In this document: piece after piece, positions 40,347-49,588 of the stretch
Numbering within the stretch: the stretch's first letter is position 1
Layout: each line of letters starts with the position of its first letter
Position numbers and translations under genes: made by a program
The notes under the pieces: model-generated
The model's input: the letters and a program-made list of their open reading frames with translations, nothing else
What the model was told of the DNA's origin: nothing
Database searches by the model: none
NCBI GenBank assembly: GCA_013817305.1
Contig: JACDCY010000004.1
Span: forward strand, 11,461-75,460
Source of the DNA: Gemmatimonadaceae bacterium
GTDB taxonomy: Bacteria; Gemmatimonadota; Gemmatimonadetes; Gemmatimonadales; Gemmatimonadaceae
Length of the DNA stretch: 64,000 nt
Direction of reading: 5' to 3'

Positions 40347-40916
40347 TTATCCGTCTCCTTCTAATTGTTTCGTCGGTAATTCTTCCTGCAGCGCGATCGC
40401 GTCGATTGGCGCGACGAGCGCAGTCCCGCGATTCATCTCGACAACAACCACTGAAGCGCCGTCCGGAAACCCGGTCGTCGTTGCGTCGAATGGACGGGCG
40501 AGCAGCTCGTATGCGCGGTCCCCGCGATGCACCAGTACCTTGCCCAGTCCGCTCGCGCCCAGAGCCAGAGTGACACGTCCGGTCAGGCCGACGAAGCTCT
40601 GCTCGGAATCTCTGTCGCCGGAGTTGGTCTTGCGAATGTAGCCGAAGGCCGCGGACGCGAGCCCCCCGACCAGCAGGCCGGATGCGACGGCCACGGGCAG
40701 TACGATCAGCGCGGCGGCACTCGGCCAGCTCCAGCTGAGAATCGCGCCGACGCCCCCGAACACGAACAGGAAGTAGGTCAGCGTTCGCAGCGAGAGGAAC
40801 TGCAGGGGATTCCCGCTATCGAACGACTCTACGCCACCGTCGCTGTCACCGCCAACCAGGGAGAACAGCAGCAGACCGCTCCCCAGCAGGAGCGCGAACA
40901 GGTAGAGAGAGAACAC
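40347..40916 (-). CDS. NfeD-like membrane protein (YqiJ-like flotillin partner), probable GTG start
   Basis: Multi-TM N-terminus plus a C-terminal OB-fold (LTGRVTLALGASGLGKVLVHRGDRAYELLAR). Ends 1 bp before the flotillin start. Confidence 0.55.
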   Translation of the reverse strand: MFSLYLFALLLGSGLLLFSLVGGDSDGGVESFDSGNPLQFLSLRTLTYFLFVFGGVGAILSWSWPSAAALIVLPVAVASGLLVGGLASAAFGYIRKTNSGDRDSEQSFVGLTGRVTLALGASGLGKVLVHRGDRAYELLARPFDATTTGFPDGASVVVVEMNRGTALVAPIDAIALQEELPTKQLEGDG

Positions 40917-41064
40917 CGAGCGAAGGTGCCGCGCCGGGCAGGAATTCGCAACCGGCGCGGAGCTGGAGCCGCTTCGCCACGGCTCCGTCACCCCACAGCG
41001 TCCTGCGCGCGGCAGGCTACGGTGACCCGGAGCGGCTTCATGCCGGCCGGGTATCTTCTTCTGC

Positions 41065-41577
41065 ATGGCGCGTTACGCGGCGTTTCTTCGGGGCGTAAGT
41101 CCGATGAATGCAAAGATGCCGGAGCTGCGAGAGGCTTTCGAGGCGGCTGGGTTCGAAGACGTGAGCACCGTCCGGTCCAGCGGGAATGTCGTGTTCAGCG
41201 TCCGCCGGGCATCGGAGGCATCTCTGCAGCGGAAGGCGGAAGCGGCGATAATGCGGCACCTCGGCCGTCATTTCCTCACGATCATTCGTCCCCTCGATGC
41301 CTTGCGGGAGGTGCTCGGCTTGGATCCCTACGCGGCGTTCCAGTTGCCGCCCGGGTCCAAGCGCGTGGTGACGTTTCTACGAGACGCACCGAACCCGTTC
41401 CCGCTGCTACCGATCCAGCTTCATGATGCAAGCATCCTTTGCAGTAAGGAGAGGGACGTTTTCAGCGCTTACGTTCCCGATCCCAAGGGGCCCGATTTCA
41501 TGACCCTGCTCGAAAAAACTTTTGGCAAAGAGATCACGACGCGCACCTGGGACACCATCGCAAAGGTCGCACGCTGA
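41065..41577 (+). CDS. DUF1697 family protein
   Basis: MARYAAFLRGVSPMNAKMPELREAFEAAGFEDVSTVRSSGNVVF matches the DUF1697 N-terminal signature. Confidence 0.7.
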   Translation: MARYAAFLRGVSPMNAKMPELREAFEAAGFEDVSTVRSSGNVVFSVRRASEASLQRKAEAAIMRHLGRHFLTIIRPLDALREVLGLDPYAAFQLPPGSKRVVTFLRDAPNPFPLLPIQLHDASILCSKERDVFSAYVPDPKGPDFMTLLEKTFGKEITTRTWDTIAKVAR

Positions 41578-41621
41578 GTCTGGCACCCGAGGAAGGAGCT
41601 ACGAACCAACTTGGTGGGTAT

Positions 41622-42713
41622 TCATGCCGTGCCGCCCCGCAAGACGGAGTCACATGCATCGAGACACTCGCGCACACTTTCGATGGTGTGATCCCCCATG
41701 TGCCCGATTCGGAACGTCGTATCCCGGAGCGCGCCGTAGCCGGCGCCGAGCGTATAACCGAGACGGCGCACTTCCGTGGCGAATCCTTGCGGCTTGAGCG
41801 GCGGGGGAAGGCGGATCGCGGAGACTGTCGGCGACCGCTCGCCCGGTCGCGCCACGATTGAAACCACGGTATCCCTGGTCCGCTCAGTCCAGGCGATTAC
41901 CACGTCGCGCATGGCGGCGTGCCGGGCCCATCGTGCTTCCATCCCTTCCGCGACGATCGACTTGAGCTGCGCGTCCGCCGCGTACAACAACGAGACCGCG
42001 GGCGTGTTGGGCGTCTGATTCTTCAGCGCGAACTCGTCGAACTCGGCGATATCGAAATAGACGCCGCGACCGTGCGATTGCTTCGCGCCCTCCACGAAAT
42101 CGGCCGATGCCGCCGCGAACGCAAGCCCCGGCGGCAGCGCCAGCGCCTTCTGCGATCCTGTCAGCACGTAGTCGCACCGCCATTCGTCGAACTCAAGCGG
42201 CGCGCCACCGAGGCCAGACACGCTGTCTATGAGACACAGCACACCCTGTTCATGCGCGATCTCATTGATCGCGCGGACATCGTTCAGCACTCCGGTAGAC
42301 GTCTCGGAATGCACTACCGTGATGACGACATACTTCTTCCCTACCAATCGCTTCCGCAGCTCGCCCGGATCGTGCGCGCTGCCCGCAGGCACTTCGTACC
42401 GGTCGCACTCCCGCCCACACATGTCGGCGATTTTTGCGAAACGCTCGGAGAATCCGCCATTGACGAGGGCGAGCATTCGGCCGGCAGGAGCGCAGCGGAT
42501 CCCGGCTTCCATCAGGCCCGTAGCCGACGAAGAGCTCACGTAAACCGGTCGCTCGGTTCTGAAGACCGCGCGCAGGCCGGCCTGAATCCGCCCGAACATC
42601 GCCTCGAACTCGGGTCCACGGTGCGCGATCATCGGCTGCGACATCGCCGCCAGTACCTCCGGGCGGACGTCGGTCGGGCCGGGAACGAAGAACTTTCCGA
42701 AATCAGCCGTCAC
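41622..42713 (-). CDS. class V PLP aminotransferase (AGXT/phosphoserine aminotransferase-like)
   Basis: Class-V fold. Sits next to serB-like and serA genes. Confidence 0.8.
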   Translation of the reverse strand: MTADFGKFFVPGPTDVRPEVLAAMSQPMIAHRGPEFEAMFGRIQAGLRAVFRTERPVYVSSSSATGLMEAGIRCAPAGRMLALVNGGFSERFAKIADMCGRECDRYEVPAGSAHDPGELRKRLVGKKYVVITVVHSETSTGVLNDVRAINEIAHEQGVLCLIDSVSGLGGAPLEFDEWRCDYVLTGSQKALALPPGLAFAAASADFVEGAKQSHGRGVYFDIAEFDEFALKNQTPNTPAVSLLYAADAQLKSIVAEGMEARWARHAAMRDVVIAWTERTRDTVVSIVARPGERSPTVSAIRLPPPLKPQGFATEVRRLGYTLGAGYGALRDTTFRIGHMGDHTIESVRECLDACDSVLRGGTA

Positions 42714-43369
42714 GATCGCACCTCATCGCCGAGCACCAATCGCTCGACGTCGGCAAAAGAGCTGACGACGAAATCGGCTAAGGCTACGACCGGCTCGCGT
42801 CGAACAAATCCGGTGAACACAGCAAACGCGTCAGCGACGGGACGAATCTCCGCATCGGTAATTCCGTCGCCCACCGCGAGCACGGGACTGCCGAGCGACA
42901 TCGACTCGGCAACGGTTCGCTTGCCTCCGTGCACCGCCAGCGGCGCCGCGGTGTCGAACGAGCGGTATTCGCCTTTGCTGCCGAAGCGCACGCGCACAGC
43001 GTGCACCCTCTCCTCCCGCAAGCCAAGGCGGGCTAGAAAGGGAGCCACGGCGTCGTGCAGTCCGCTCGTAATCGCTTCGACCCGAACCCCAGCCTGAACC
43101 ATTCGCGCGACTGCGCTCGCCGCGCCAGACGCAACATTCTCCCAATACGCCTCGGCAAGCAGAGCCAACTCCGCCACCGACGGCCGGACCAGCTCGAGCC
43201 GCGCCGCATACACTCCATTGATCAGCTGGCGGCCGGCCATCGCCTCGGCGGTGAGCCTGGCCACTTGCCCGGCGACGTCGGGTCCACGCCTTCCGGCGAG
43301 CCAGTCGATTCCTTCTATCCCGGACAGCGTCGAATCAACGTCCAGAAGAACGGTCGAGTAGTTAGACAC
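42710..43369 (-). CDS. serB: HAD-family phosphoserine phosphatase-like hydrolase
   Basis: LLDVDSTL (DxDxT) motif I, HAD core. Confidence 0.7.
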   Translation of the reverse strand: MSNYSTVLLDVDSTLSGIEGIDWLAGRRGPDVAGQVARLTAEAMAGRQLINGVYAARLELVRPSVAELALLAEAYWENVASGAASAVARMVQAGVRVEAITSGLHDAVAPFLARLGLREERVHAVRVRFGSKGEYRSFDTAAPLAVHGGKRTVAESMSLGSPVLAVGDGITDAEIRPVADAFAVFTGFVRREPVVALADFVVSSFADVERLVLGDEVRS

Positions 43370-43403
43370 TATCGCGTCTGTGGGGCGTCAGTGTGAGATT
43401 GAT

Positions 43404-45086
43404 CTAGCGATCGAAGGTCACAACTGTCGCAGTGCGCACACCCGGAATCCCCAGCAGCTCGGCGCGAACACCCTCTCCAACCGCGCCGTCCACGGACACG
43501 GCAGCCAGCGCATCGCCACCCTGCGCGAGCCGCGCCTGGTGGTACTCCGCGATGTTGATCTGCGCTTCTCCCAACACCGTTCCCACCCTGCCGATCACTC
43601 CCGGCACGTCCTCATTCGTGAGGATCAGCAGCGTGCCGCGAGGCTGGACGTCGACGTGAAATGCGCCGATCCGGGTGAGACGCACCGGCCCCGTAGCGGG
43701 AGCCGTTCCGGCGACCGCGATCTCCTGCATGCCCGCCGAAATTCGAATCTCGATCAGGTCGTCGTCGGTGCCGGCAGCGGATTCGACCGCGGAAAGCTCA
43801 ATGCCGCGCTGAGCCGCGAGAGTTCGCGCGTTGATCACGTTCAACCGATCACCGGCGACGACCCCGCCGAGCACGCCGACGGCGGCCGCTGACAACAACG
43901 CCTCATTCGCACCGAGATGAGTCGCGCCCACGCGCAGCGATACGCGCTGCACCGCGCGGTTTCCCTGCGTCGCGAGGATCGCCCTGCCCACCGCTGCCGC
44001 GCGCTCGCTCAAGCGCAGCGCAGGCTTGAGCTGCTCCCACCGCACGCCCTCGACGGTCGCGATGTTGATCGAGCGCGAGAGCTCCCCGCCCAGCAGCGTA
44101 TCCCGCACCGCCGCGCAAACGTCGCGCGCGACGTTGCGTTGCGCCTCGAGCGTGGATGCGCCGATGTGCGGCGTGAGAAAAAGATTGGGAACACCACGCA
44201 AGGGGTTATCCGCCGGCAACGGCTCCTTGGTGAACACATCGAGCGCCGCGCCGGCCAGCTTTCCGCTCGCAAGCGCTTCGGCGAGCGCATCTTCCTCGAC
44301 GATTCCCCCGCGCGCGATGTTGAGTAGAACCGCGCCGGGCTTGAGCTTCGCCAACTCGCGCCGTCCGAGCATTCCCCTCGTTTCATCCGTGAGAGGCGTA
44401 TGCACCGTGACGACATCGCTGTGCGCGAGCAGCGCGACAAGGGACTCGGCGCGCTGCACGCGGAGACCCTGAAAGCGACCGTCGGGCACATAGGGGTCGA
44501 AAGCGATGACCTCCATCTCGAAGGCGCTGGCACGGCGCGCGACCTCGGTGCCGATGCGGCCCAGTCCGATGATGCCGAGCGTCCTGCCCTTTAGCTCGCC
44601 TCCGAGCAGCTCCGAGCGCCTCCACTCACCCGCCCGCATGGTGCGGTCCGCGAACGAGAGGTTGCGAAGGATGTTCAGGAGAGATCCGAACATGAGCTCC
44701 GCGACGGCCACGGTGTTCCCGGCCGGCGCGTTGATGATCGAGATGCCGAGCTCCGTCGCGACATCCATCGCGATGTTGTCCACTCCGACCCCGGCGCGTC
44801 CTATCACTCGAATCTTCTTCGCCGCGCGCAGCAGCTCCGGCGTGATGCGCGTGGCGCTCCGCCCGACAAGCGCGTCGTAGTCGCCGATGCGCTCTATCAG
44901 CTCCGCCGCGGGAAGCGTCGGAAACTCATCGACAGCGAGCTGCGGATCGCCCGACAGGATCGCGATTCCCTCGGCATCGATTCCGTCTGTAACAAGGACT
45001 TTGAACTTCAAAACGTACCGGCCGTCGGCTGGGGAGAGGGTAAAGCTATTGGAGCGGTGATACAACGGAGGTGCGGATTCAGCCAT
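43404..45086 (-). CDS. serA: D-3-phosphoglycerate dehydrogenase (with ACT domain)
   Basis: KFKVLVTDGI, NAD-binding GRIGTEVA, C-terminal ACT domain. Real start may be an internal TTG near 45011. Confidence 0.85.
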   Translation of the reverse strand: MAESAPPLYHRSNSFTLSPADGRYVLKFKVLVTDGIDAEGIAILSGDPQLAVDEFPTLPAAELIERIGDYDALVGRSATRITPELLRAAKKIRVIGRAGVGVDNIAMDVATELGISIINAPAGNTVAVAELMFGSLLNILRNLSFADRTMRAGEWRRSELLGGELKGRTLGIIGLGRIGTEVARRASAFEMEVIAFDPYVPDGRFQGLRVQRAESLVALLAHSDVVTVHTPLTDETRGMLGRRELAKLKPGAVLLNIARGGIVEEDALAEALASGKLAGAALDVFTKEPLPADNPLRGVPNLFLTPHIGASTLEAQRNVARDVCAAVRDTLLGGELSRSINIATVEGVRWEQLKPALRLSERAAAVGRAILATQGNRAVQRVSLRVGATHLGANEALLSAAAVGVLGGVVAGDRLNVINARTLAAQRGIELSAVESAAGTDDDLIEIRISAGMQEIAVAGTAPATGPVRLTRIGAFHVDVQPRGTLLILTNEDVPGVIGRVGTVLGEAQINIAEYHQARLAQGGDALAAVSVDGAVGEGVRAELLGIPGVRTATVVTFDR

Positions 45087-45096
45087 TATATCGCAT

Positions 45097-46086
45097 ATGG
45101 ATTTCACCCCCCCGTGGTTCCTCCGCAACCGGCACTCCCAGACTTTGTGGGGCAAGCTCGCGAGGCGACTCCCACCGGCACCGACGCGGCTCGAAAGGTG
45201 GGATACTCCGGACGGCGACTTCATCGAGCTGCATCGCCTGGATGGTGAGCGAAACGCGCCGCGTCTCGTGATGCTGCACGGGCTTGAAGGCACGATCAGG
45301 TCTCACTACGCCCAGGGCCTGCTGCACCAGGCGAATCGTCGCGGCTGGGCGGCCGACCTCCTGATATTCCGCTCGTGCGGGGGCGAGATGAACAGAGCTC
45401 GAAGGTTTTACCACTCGGGCGAGACCACTGATATCTCCTTCGTAATCGATCGTCTCGCTGCTGCCGAGCCCGACCGCGCGCTTATCGTGAGTGGAGTGTC
45501 TCTCGGCGGCAACGTTCTTCTGAAGTATCTCGGAGAGAAAGGCGATGCCGCGCCCGCCCAGCTGAAGGCTGCCGCAGCGATATCGGTCCCATTCGACCTG
45601 GCGCGATCATCGCTCCAGATTCAAAAGGGATTCGCGCGGCTGTACCAGTGGCATTTCATGCGCTCGCTCCGCCGCAAAGCCGTCATGAAGCTCGCACAGT
45701 TTCCGGACATCGCGCCCGCGGAAGCCCTTGCCGGGGCAAGGACCATGTATGATTTCGACCATGTGATCACGGCCCCCCTGCACGGCTTCGCGAGCGCGGA
45801 TGACTACTACACCAGATCGAGCTCGCTGGGATGGCTTCACGGGATTCGGCGGCCGACCCTGTTGTTGAGCGCGACCGACGATCCTTTTCTCCCGCCGGAC
45901 GTGTTCGACCAGGTCCGTCGAATTGCGGCGCATAACGCGTGGCTGGCCCTCGAGTTCCACCCGCACGGAGGCCATGCCGGGTTCATACGCGCCGAGGGTC
46001 GCCGGCTGAAATACTTCGCGGAGACGCGTGCGTGCGACTTTCTTGCATCACACGTTGATCCGGACTTCCAGGAGAGAATCGCATGA
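45097..46086 (+). CDS. alpha/beta hydrolase, YheT-like
   Basis: FTPPWFLRNRHSQTL...LHGLEG, typical of the YheT family. Confidence 0.75.
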   Translation: MDFTPPWFLRNRHSQTLWGKLARRLPPAPTRLERWDTPDGDFIELHRLDGERNAPRLVMLHGLEGTIRSHYAQGLLHQANRRGWAADLLIFRSCGGEMNRARRFYHSGETTDISFVIDRLAAAEPDRALIVSGVSLGGNVLLKYLGEKGDAAPAQLKAAAAISVPFDLARSSLQIQKGFARLYQWHFMRSLRRKAVMKLAQFPDIAPAEALAGARTMYDFDHVITAPLHGFASADDYYTRSSSLGWLHGIRRPTLLLSATDDPFLPPDVFDQVRRIAAHNAWLALEFHPHGGHAGFIRAEGRRLKYFAETRACDFLASHVDPDFQERIA

Positions 46087-46925
46087 TACGCCCGGTCAAA
46101 AGCCTTGCCTTGCCCCTTCTCGCGGTCGCCGCGTGTGTGAGCGCGCCTGCGCCCGCACCCGACGAGCACGCGGGGCACGCTCCGGGAGCCTCGAACGCGT
46201 CCGTCGCGCTCTCCGCGTCGCCGCGCCATGGGGAGTGGATTACGGTCTCGACCGGACCGGGCGACAGCGTGCGCGCCTGGGTCGTGTACCCGGAGCGCAG
46301 GACGAAGGCACCGGTCGTGATCGTCGTGCACGAGATCTACGGGCTGACTCCCTGGATCCGCAGCGTGGCGGATCAGCTCGCGGCGGACGGATTCCTCGCG
46401 GTCGCCCCCGACTTCCTGACGACCAAGAACATTCCCGGTGCCCCGCTGGACCCCGAGCCGCAGGCCGCGACCGCTGCGGTCCGCGCATTGAATGCGGACG
46501 ATGTGCACCGGCAGATCTCCGCCGTCGCCCGGCATGCGATGGCGCTTCCCGCCGCGGCCGCGAAGTACGGCATCGTCGGATTCTGCTGGGGTGGCGGAGT
46601 TTCGTTCGAGCACGCGGTGCGAGCGCCGACGCTCGGGGCGGCAGTCGTGTACTACGGCGCATCCCCGGCGCCAGCGCGGCTGGGCTCGGTAAGCGCGCCG
46701 GTTCTCGGGCTGTATGGAGCGGACGACGCGCGCGTAAACGCGACCATTCCGCCGGCCGATTCGGCCATGATTGAGATGAGCAAGGTGTACCGCCCCATTC
46801 TTTATGAGGGCGCGGGCCACGGATTCCTCCGGCAGCAGGACGGGCGCGAAGGAAAGAACCTCGCGGCAGCGCGGGCGGCGTGGCCCGAGACGGTCTCCTG
46901 GTTCAGAACTTACCTCGGGAGATGA
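46083..46925 (+). CDS. dienelactone hydrolase family protein, secreted
   Basis: Signal peptide. VVIVVHEIYGL and GFCWGG motifs. Confidence 0.8.
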   Translation: MIRPVKSLALPLLAVAACVSAPAPAPDEHAGHAPGASNASVALSASPRHGEWITVSTGPGDSVRAWVVYPERRTKAPVVIVVHEIYGLTPWIRSVADQLAADGFLAVAPDFLTTKNIPGAPLDPEPQAATAAVRALNADDVHRQISAVARHAMALPAAAAKYGIVGFCWGGGVSFEHAVRAPTLGAAVVYYGASPAPARLGSVSAPVLGLYGADDARVNATIPPADSAMIEMSKVYRPILYEGAGHGFLRQQDGREGKNLAAARAAWPETVSWFRTYLGR

Positions 46926-47464
46926 GCATGCCGCCGGAACTCTGGCTCTTTACCACCGCGTTCGTCGCAGGGTTGGTATTGGCGGTGTTCGCGATGTTGC
47001 GGGGAGTCGAAACGCGGACCGGCGACGAGATCAAGCGTCCCCTCGCCGGCGTCAACCTTCCGGTGTTCGGCATGGCGCTGATCGCGTTCGGCGCGGTCGG
47101 CTACCTGCTGTCACGGTACAGCTCGCTGGGCACAGGCGCGCGTACGGCCATCGCTGCTCTGTCGGGCGCGGCGGCGTATGGGGGAATGACTCTGTTGCTT
47201 GCGAAGTGGGCGCTCCAGGCACCACTGGAAGATCCGCACGAGCTGCAGGAGCTGATTCAGGGACACATCGCCATCGTGGTTCAGGAAATCGGCTCGTCGA
47301 CACCGGGCCGAATCGAGTACACGCTCAACGGTCATCACCATTCGGTGCAGGCGGTCAGCCTTGCCGGTCAGCCCATTCCCGCCGGAACCGAAGTCGTGAT
47401 AGATCAGCAGAAGGGCGACGTCGCGCACGTCGAGCCCTGGGCCTCGGTCGAGCCGCGTCTCTGA
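46922..47464 (+). CDS. NfeD-like/OB-fold membrane protein
   Basis: Three TM segments then an OB-like beta domain (GRIEYTLNGHHHSVQAVSLAGQPIPAGTEVVI). ATGA overlap with the upstream gene. Confidence 0.5.
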   Translation: MSMPPELWLFTTAFVAGLVLAVFAMLRGVETRTGDEIKRPLAGVNLPVFGMALIAFGAVGYLLSRYSSLGTGARTAIAALSGAAAYGGMTLLLAKWALQAPLEDPHELQELIQGHIAIVVQEIGSSTPGRIEYTLNGHHHSVQAVSLAGQPIPAGTEVVIDQQKGDVAHVEPWASVEPRL

Positions 47465-47467
47465 GCG

Positions 47468-47797
47468 ATGTCCGACGCCGCGCTTTTCATCGGGCTTTTC
47501 GGAGGCTTGTTCGTCCTTCGGGTGATAGCGGCCACGGTCGTGTTCCTCTGGATCCTGCCTGACGGTGACCGGTGCCCCTGCTGCGACGCGGAAACGCTGC
47601 GAGTGGAGTCGCGCGGCGTGTCGAAAGTGCTGCGCTGGTTCAGATCGAGCTGGTGCTATGAATGCAACTGGCATGGCATGCACAGGGTGATGCGCGAGGA
47701 GCACACTTGTGCTCCGAGGCAGAGGATTGGCGTTTCGTGCCGAGCCCAACCCAGAAGTAGTTCCCCGCGGACTAGCCTCGATTCAAGCCCAGCTTAG
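47468..47797 (+). CDS. small membrane protein with Cys-rich zinc-ribbon-like motif
   Basis: TM FIGLFGGLFVLRVIAATVVFLWIL followed by CPCCD...WCYECNWHG. Confidence 0.4.
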   Translation: MSDAALFIGLFGGLFVLRVIAATVVFLWILPDGDRCPCCDAETLRVESRGVSKVLRWFRSSWCYECNWHGMHRVMREEHTCAPRQRIGVSCRAQPRSSSPRTSLDSSPA

Positions 47798-48197
47798 CCA
47801 ACGCCGCATCGTCACCGGCAAGGTACGCCTTGCGAGCGGCATCCCAGAGAGGGCGTAGCTGCCCCGCTCCGGCGAGCTTGCGGTAGCTGTCAATCAATTC
47901 CGTCAGCTCGGTAGCGAAATCCTCACCATAGCCACGAGTGATGATTCGAACACGTCGTTCACAGTCCCTATCCACAAGTGACAGGAACGCCCATTGCTCC
48001 ACCGGGAAGGCGAACCCGGACGAGCCATCTGACTGTGCCGTGAACATCGGAGCTACCGTTTCTTCTGCCTCTAGGACGTCCATCGTCAATGCGAGAGACT
48101 TTACCCATTCAGCCTTCGTGAATCCCGCCAACGTTCCCGGGCGATCGAGAATGACCTCCCTATCGCCCGCGTTGTCGAAGCTTGCCACGCAAGGCAC
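47772..48197 (-). CDS. hypothetical protein (low-GC island)
   Basis: 141 aa, no domain recognised. Local GC is about 55%. Confidence 0.35.
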   Translation of the reverse strand: MPCVASFDNAGDREVILDRPGTLAGFTKAEWVKSLALTMDVLEAEETVAPMFTAQSDGSSGFAFPVEQWAFLSLVDRDCERRVRIITRGYGEDFATELTELIDSYRKLAGAGQLRPLWDAARKAYLAGDDAALAKLGLNRG

Positions 48198-48798
48198 CCT
48201 CTCTGAGATGAATAACGACGTAGCGTACCCGACCGAATCCTTCCAAAAACTCCGGCTCTATCGCGCGCAGTCGGGTCAGGACGCGTCCGGCGCGACCAAC
48301 TTCAGACGGCGACCACAAGGCTGGAACTTTTCCGCGCTTCGCTCGAAATCTTGCCGCGCCGCCAAGGCGATCTGTACCAATCTCGCGTGCGGTGAGGAGG
48401 GTAATGATCGCCTCGAGAAGCTTGGCTTCCGTAGCGCCGGCGCTCGCCAACACGATCAACGTCGCTGGTTTTCGACCCGGCCGTTGGAGAATCACCGGGC
48501 TGTCGCTGCTGAGCGAATCCGATAACACTACCGTTACCTCGAGTCGGCGACCAACCTCCGACACCGAGTAGCGCTCACTGCTCACTGACGTGTGAGAGTC
48601 CGATACTTGTTGGGCGCCCAGGTCCGCCACGATAGCCAATCCCGCGACACACACCAAGCTGATTCCAGCGAATGCCAAGACATGCACGTGCCGAGATCGT
48701 CGCTTGGTGCCTTCGCGTACGGCGGACGGCATAGACAGCAGTGCGGGATTCCAACTCATTCGCATACCGTCGCCCACCCTTCCCACCAAACGCTCCAT
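48160..48798 (-). CDS. hypothetical membrane-anchored protein (low-GC island)
   Basis: Short cytoplasmic N-terminus, TM VHVLAFAGISLVCVAGLAIVADL, about 150-aa periplasmic part. Confidence 0.4.
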   Translation of the reverse strand: MERLVGRVGDGMRMSWNPALLSMPSAVREGTKRRSRHVHVLAFAGISLVCVAGLAIVADLGAQQVSDSHTSVSSERYSVSEVGRRLEVTVVLSDSLSSDSPVILQRPGRKPATLIVLASAGATEAKLLEAIITLLTAREIGTDRLGGAARFRAKRGKVPALWSPSEVGRAGRVLTRLRAIEPEFLEGFGRVRYVVIHLREGALRGKLRQRGR

Positions 48799-49502
48799 GT
48801 TTGCCCACCATCATAGCTGACTTCGATCAAGACGTACTCATGATTACAGGTCGTGCCACCTCCGGTTGAGCCTCCGCCCGAGGATCCGCCGCCAGAGCTA
48901 GCCGGGCTCCCGGGACCGTAGGTTCTGACGCCGTCAAACGCGTAAAAACTAACCGTAACACCCGCTTCCCTACGCGGCAGGTTCACCCAGAATTGACAGA
49001 ACCCAGTTGCATTATCGATGCTCGCCGACCAGCCGCTACCGTCAGTTGCTGGCCACCGACCCGCGGGCCACGAGTAGTTACCGTGCGCGGGGCCAAGGGC
49101 TTGCCAGAGCCTCCAAGTGCCCGAGCTGAGAATATCAAAATACCTGACCGGATTTGTGGACTTTACCATGCCCCGTACCGAGGTTTGGTATATGGCTGGG
49201 GGGCAGAGTGATGCGTTCGCGTCTGCAGACAGACTGGCAAATGAGTCTTGCCACTCGACGCTCGCCGTTACTTCAATTTCTCCTACGACAGTTCCGGACT
49301 CCGGGCCGCTATCGGACTGGCAGGGCTCCTCGTAGATGATCTGCGTTGAGCAATCCTGCGATGTTGCGGCCTCCGCCGCCAGCGCATGTCGTGGCGGTTC
49401 CAATGCGGGCGGCGCAACAGGCTCGCGTCCCGAGCACGCAAGCACGCTCGAGCCATACAGAAAGAGATTGAAGACCAACGGTGTAAGGACGGGTCGCATC
49501 AA
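48756..49502 (-). CDS. secreted Cys-rich lipoprotein with Gly/Ser linker and Asp-box (BNR) motif
   Basis: Lipobox LACSG, 7 Cys, SSGGGSSGGGSTGGG linker, SYDGGQTW Asp-box. Confidence 0.5.
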   Translation of the reverse strand: MMRPVLTPLVFNLFLYGSSVLACSGREPVAPPALEPPRHALAAEAATSQDCSTQIIYEEPCQSDSGPESGTVVGEIEVTASVEWQDSFASLSADANASLCPPAIYQTSVRGMVKSTNPVRYFDILSSGTWRLWQALGPAHGNYSWPAGRWPATDGSGWSASIDNATGFCQFWVNLPRREAGVTVSFYAFDGVRTYGPGSPASSGGGSSGGGSTGGGTTCNHEYVLIEVSYDGGQTWSVWWEGWATVCE

Positions 49503-49560
49503 TTACTCCTGGATGCCGGTAACCCGGTCGCGGACGGATGCGTCGCAGCCCGCCCGCGTA

Positions 49561-49588
49561 TTGACCATTATACTCTCCCTCGTATAGG
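49561..49588 (+). promoter_or_regulatory. sigma70-like promoter (TTGACC-N16-TATAGG)
   Basis: Lower-GC stretch just upstream of mnmG. Confidence 0.4.
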
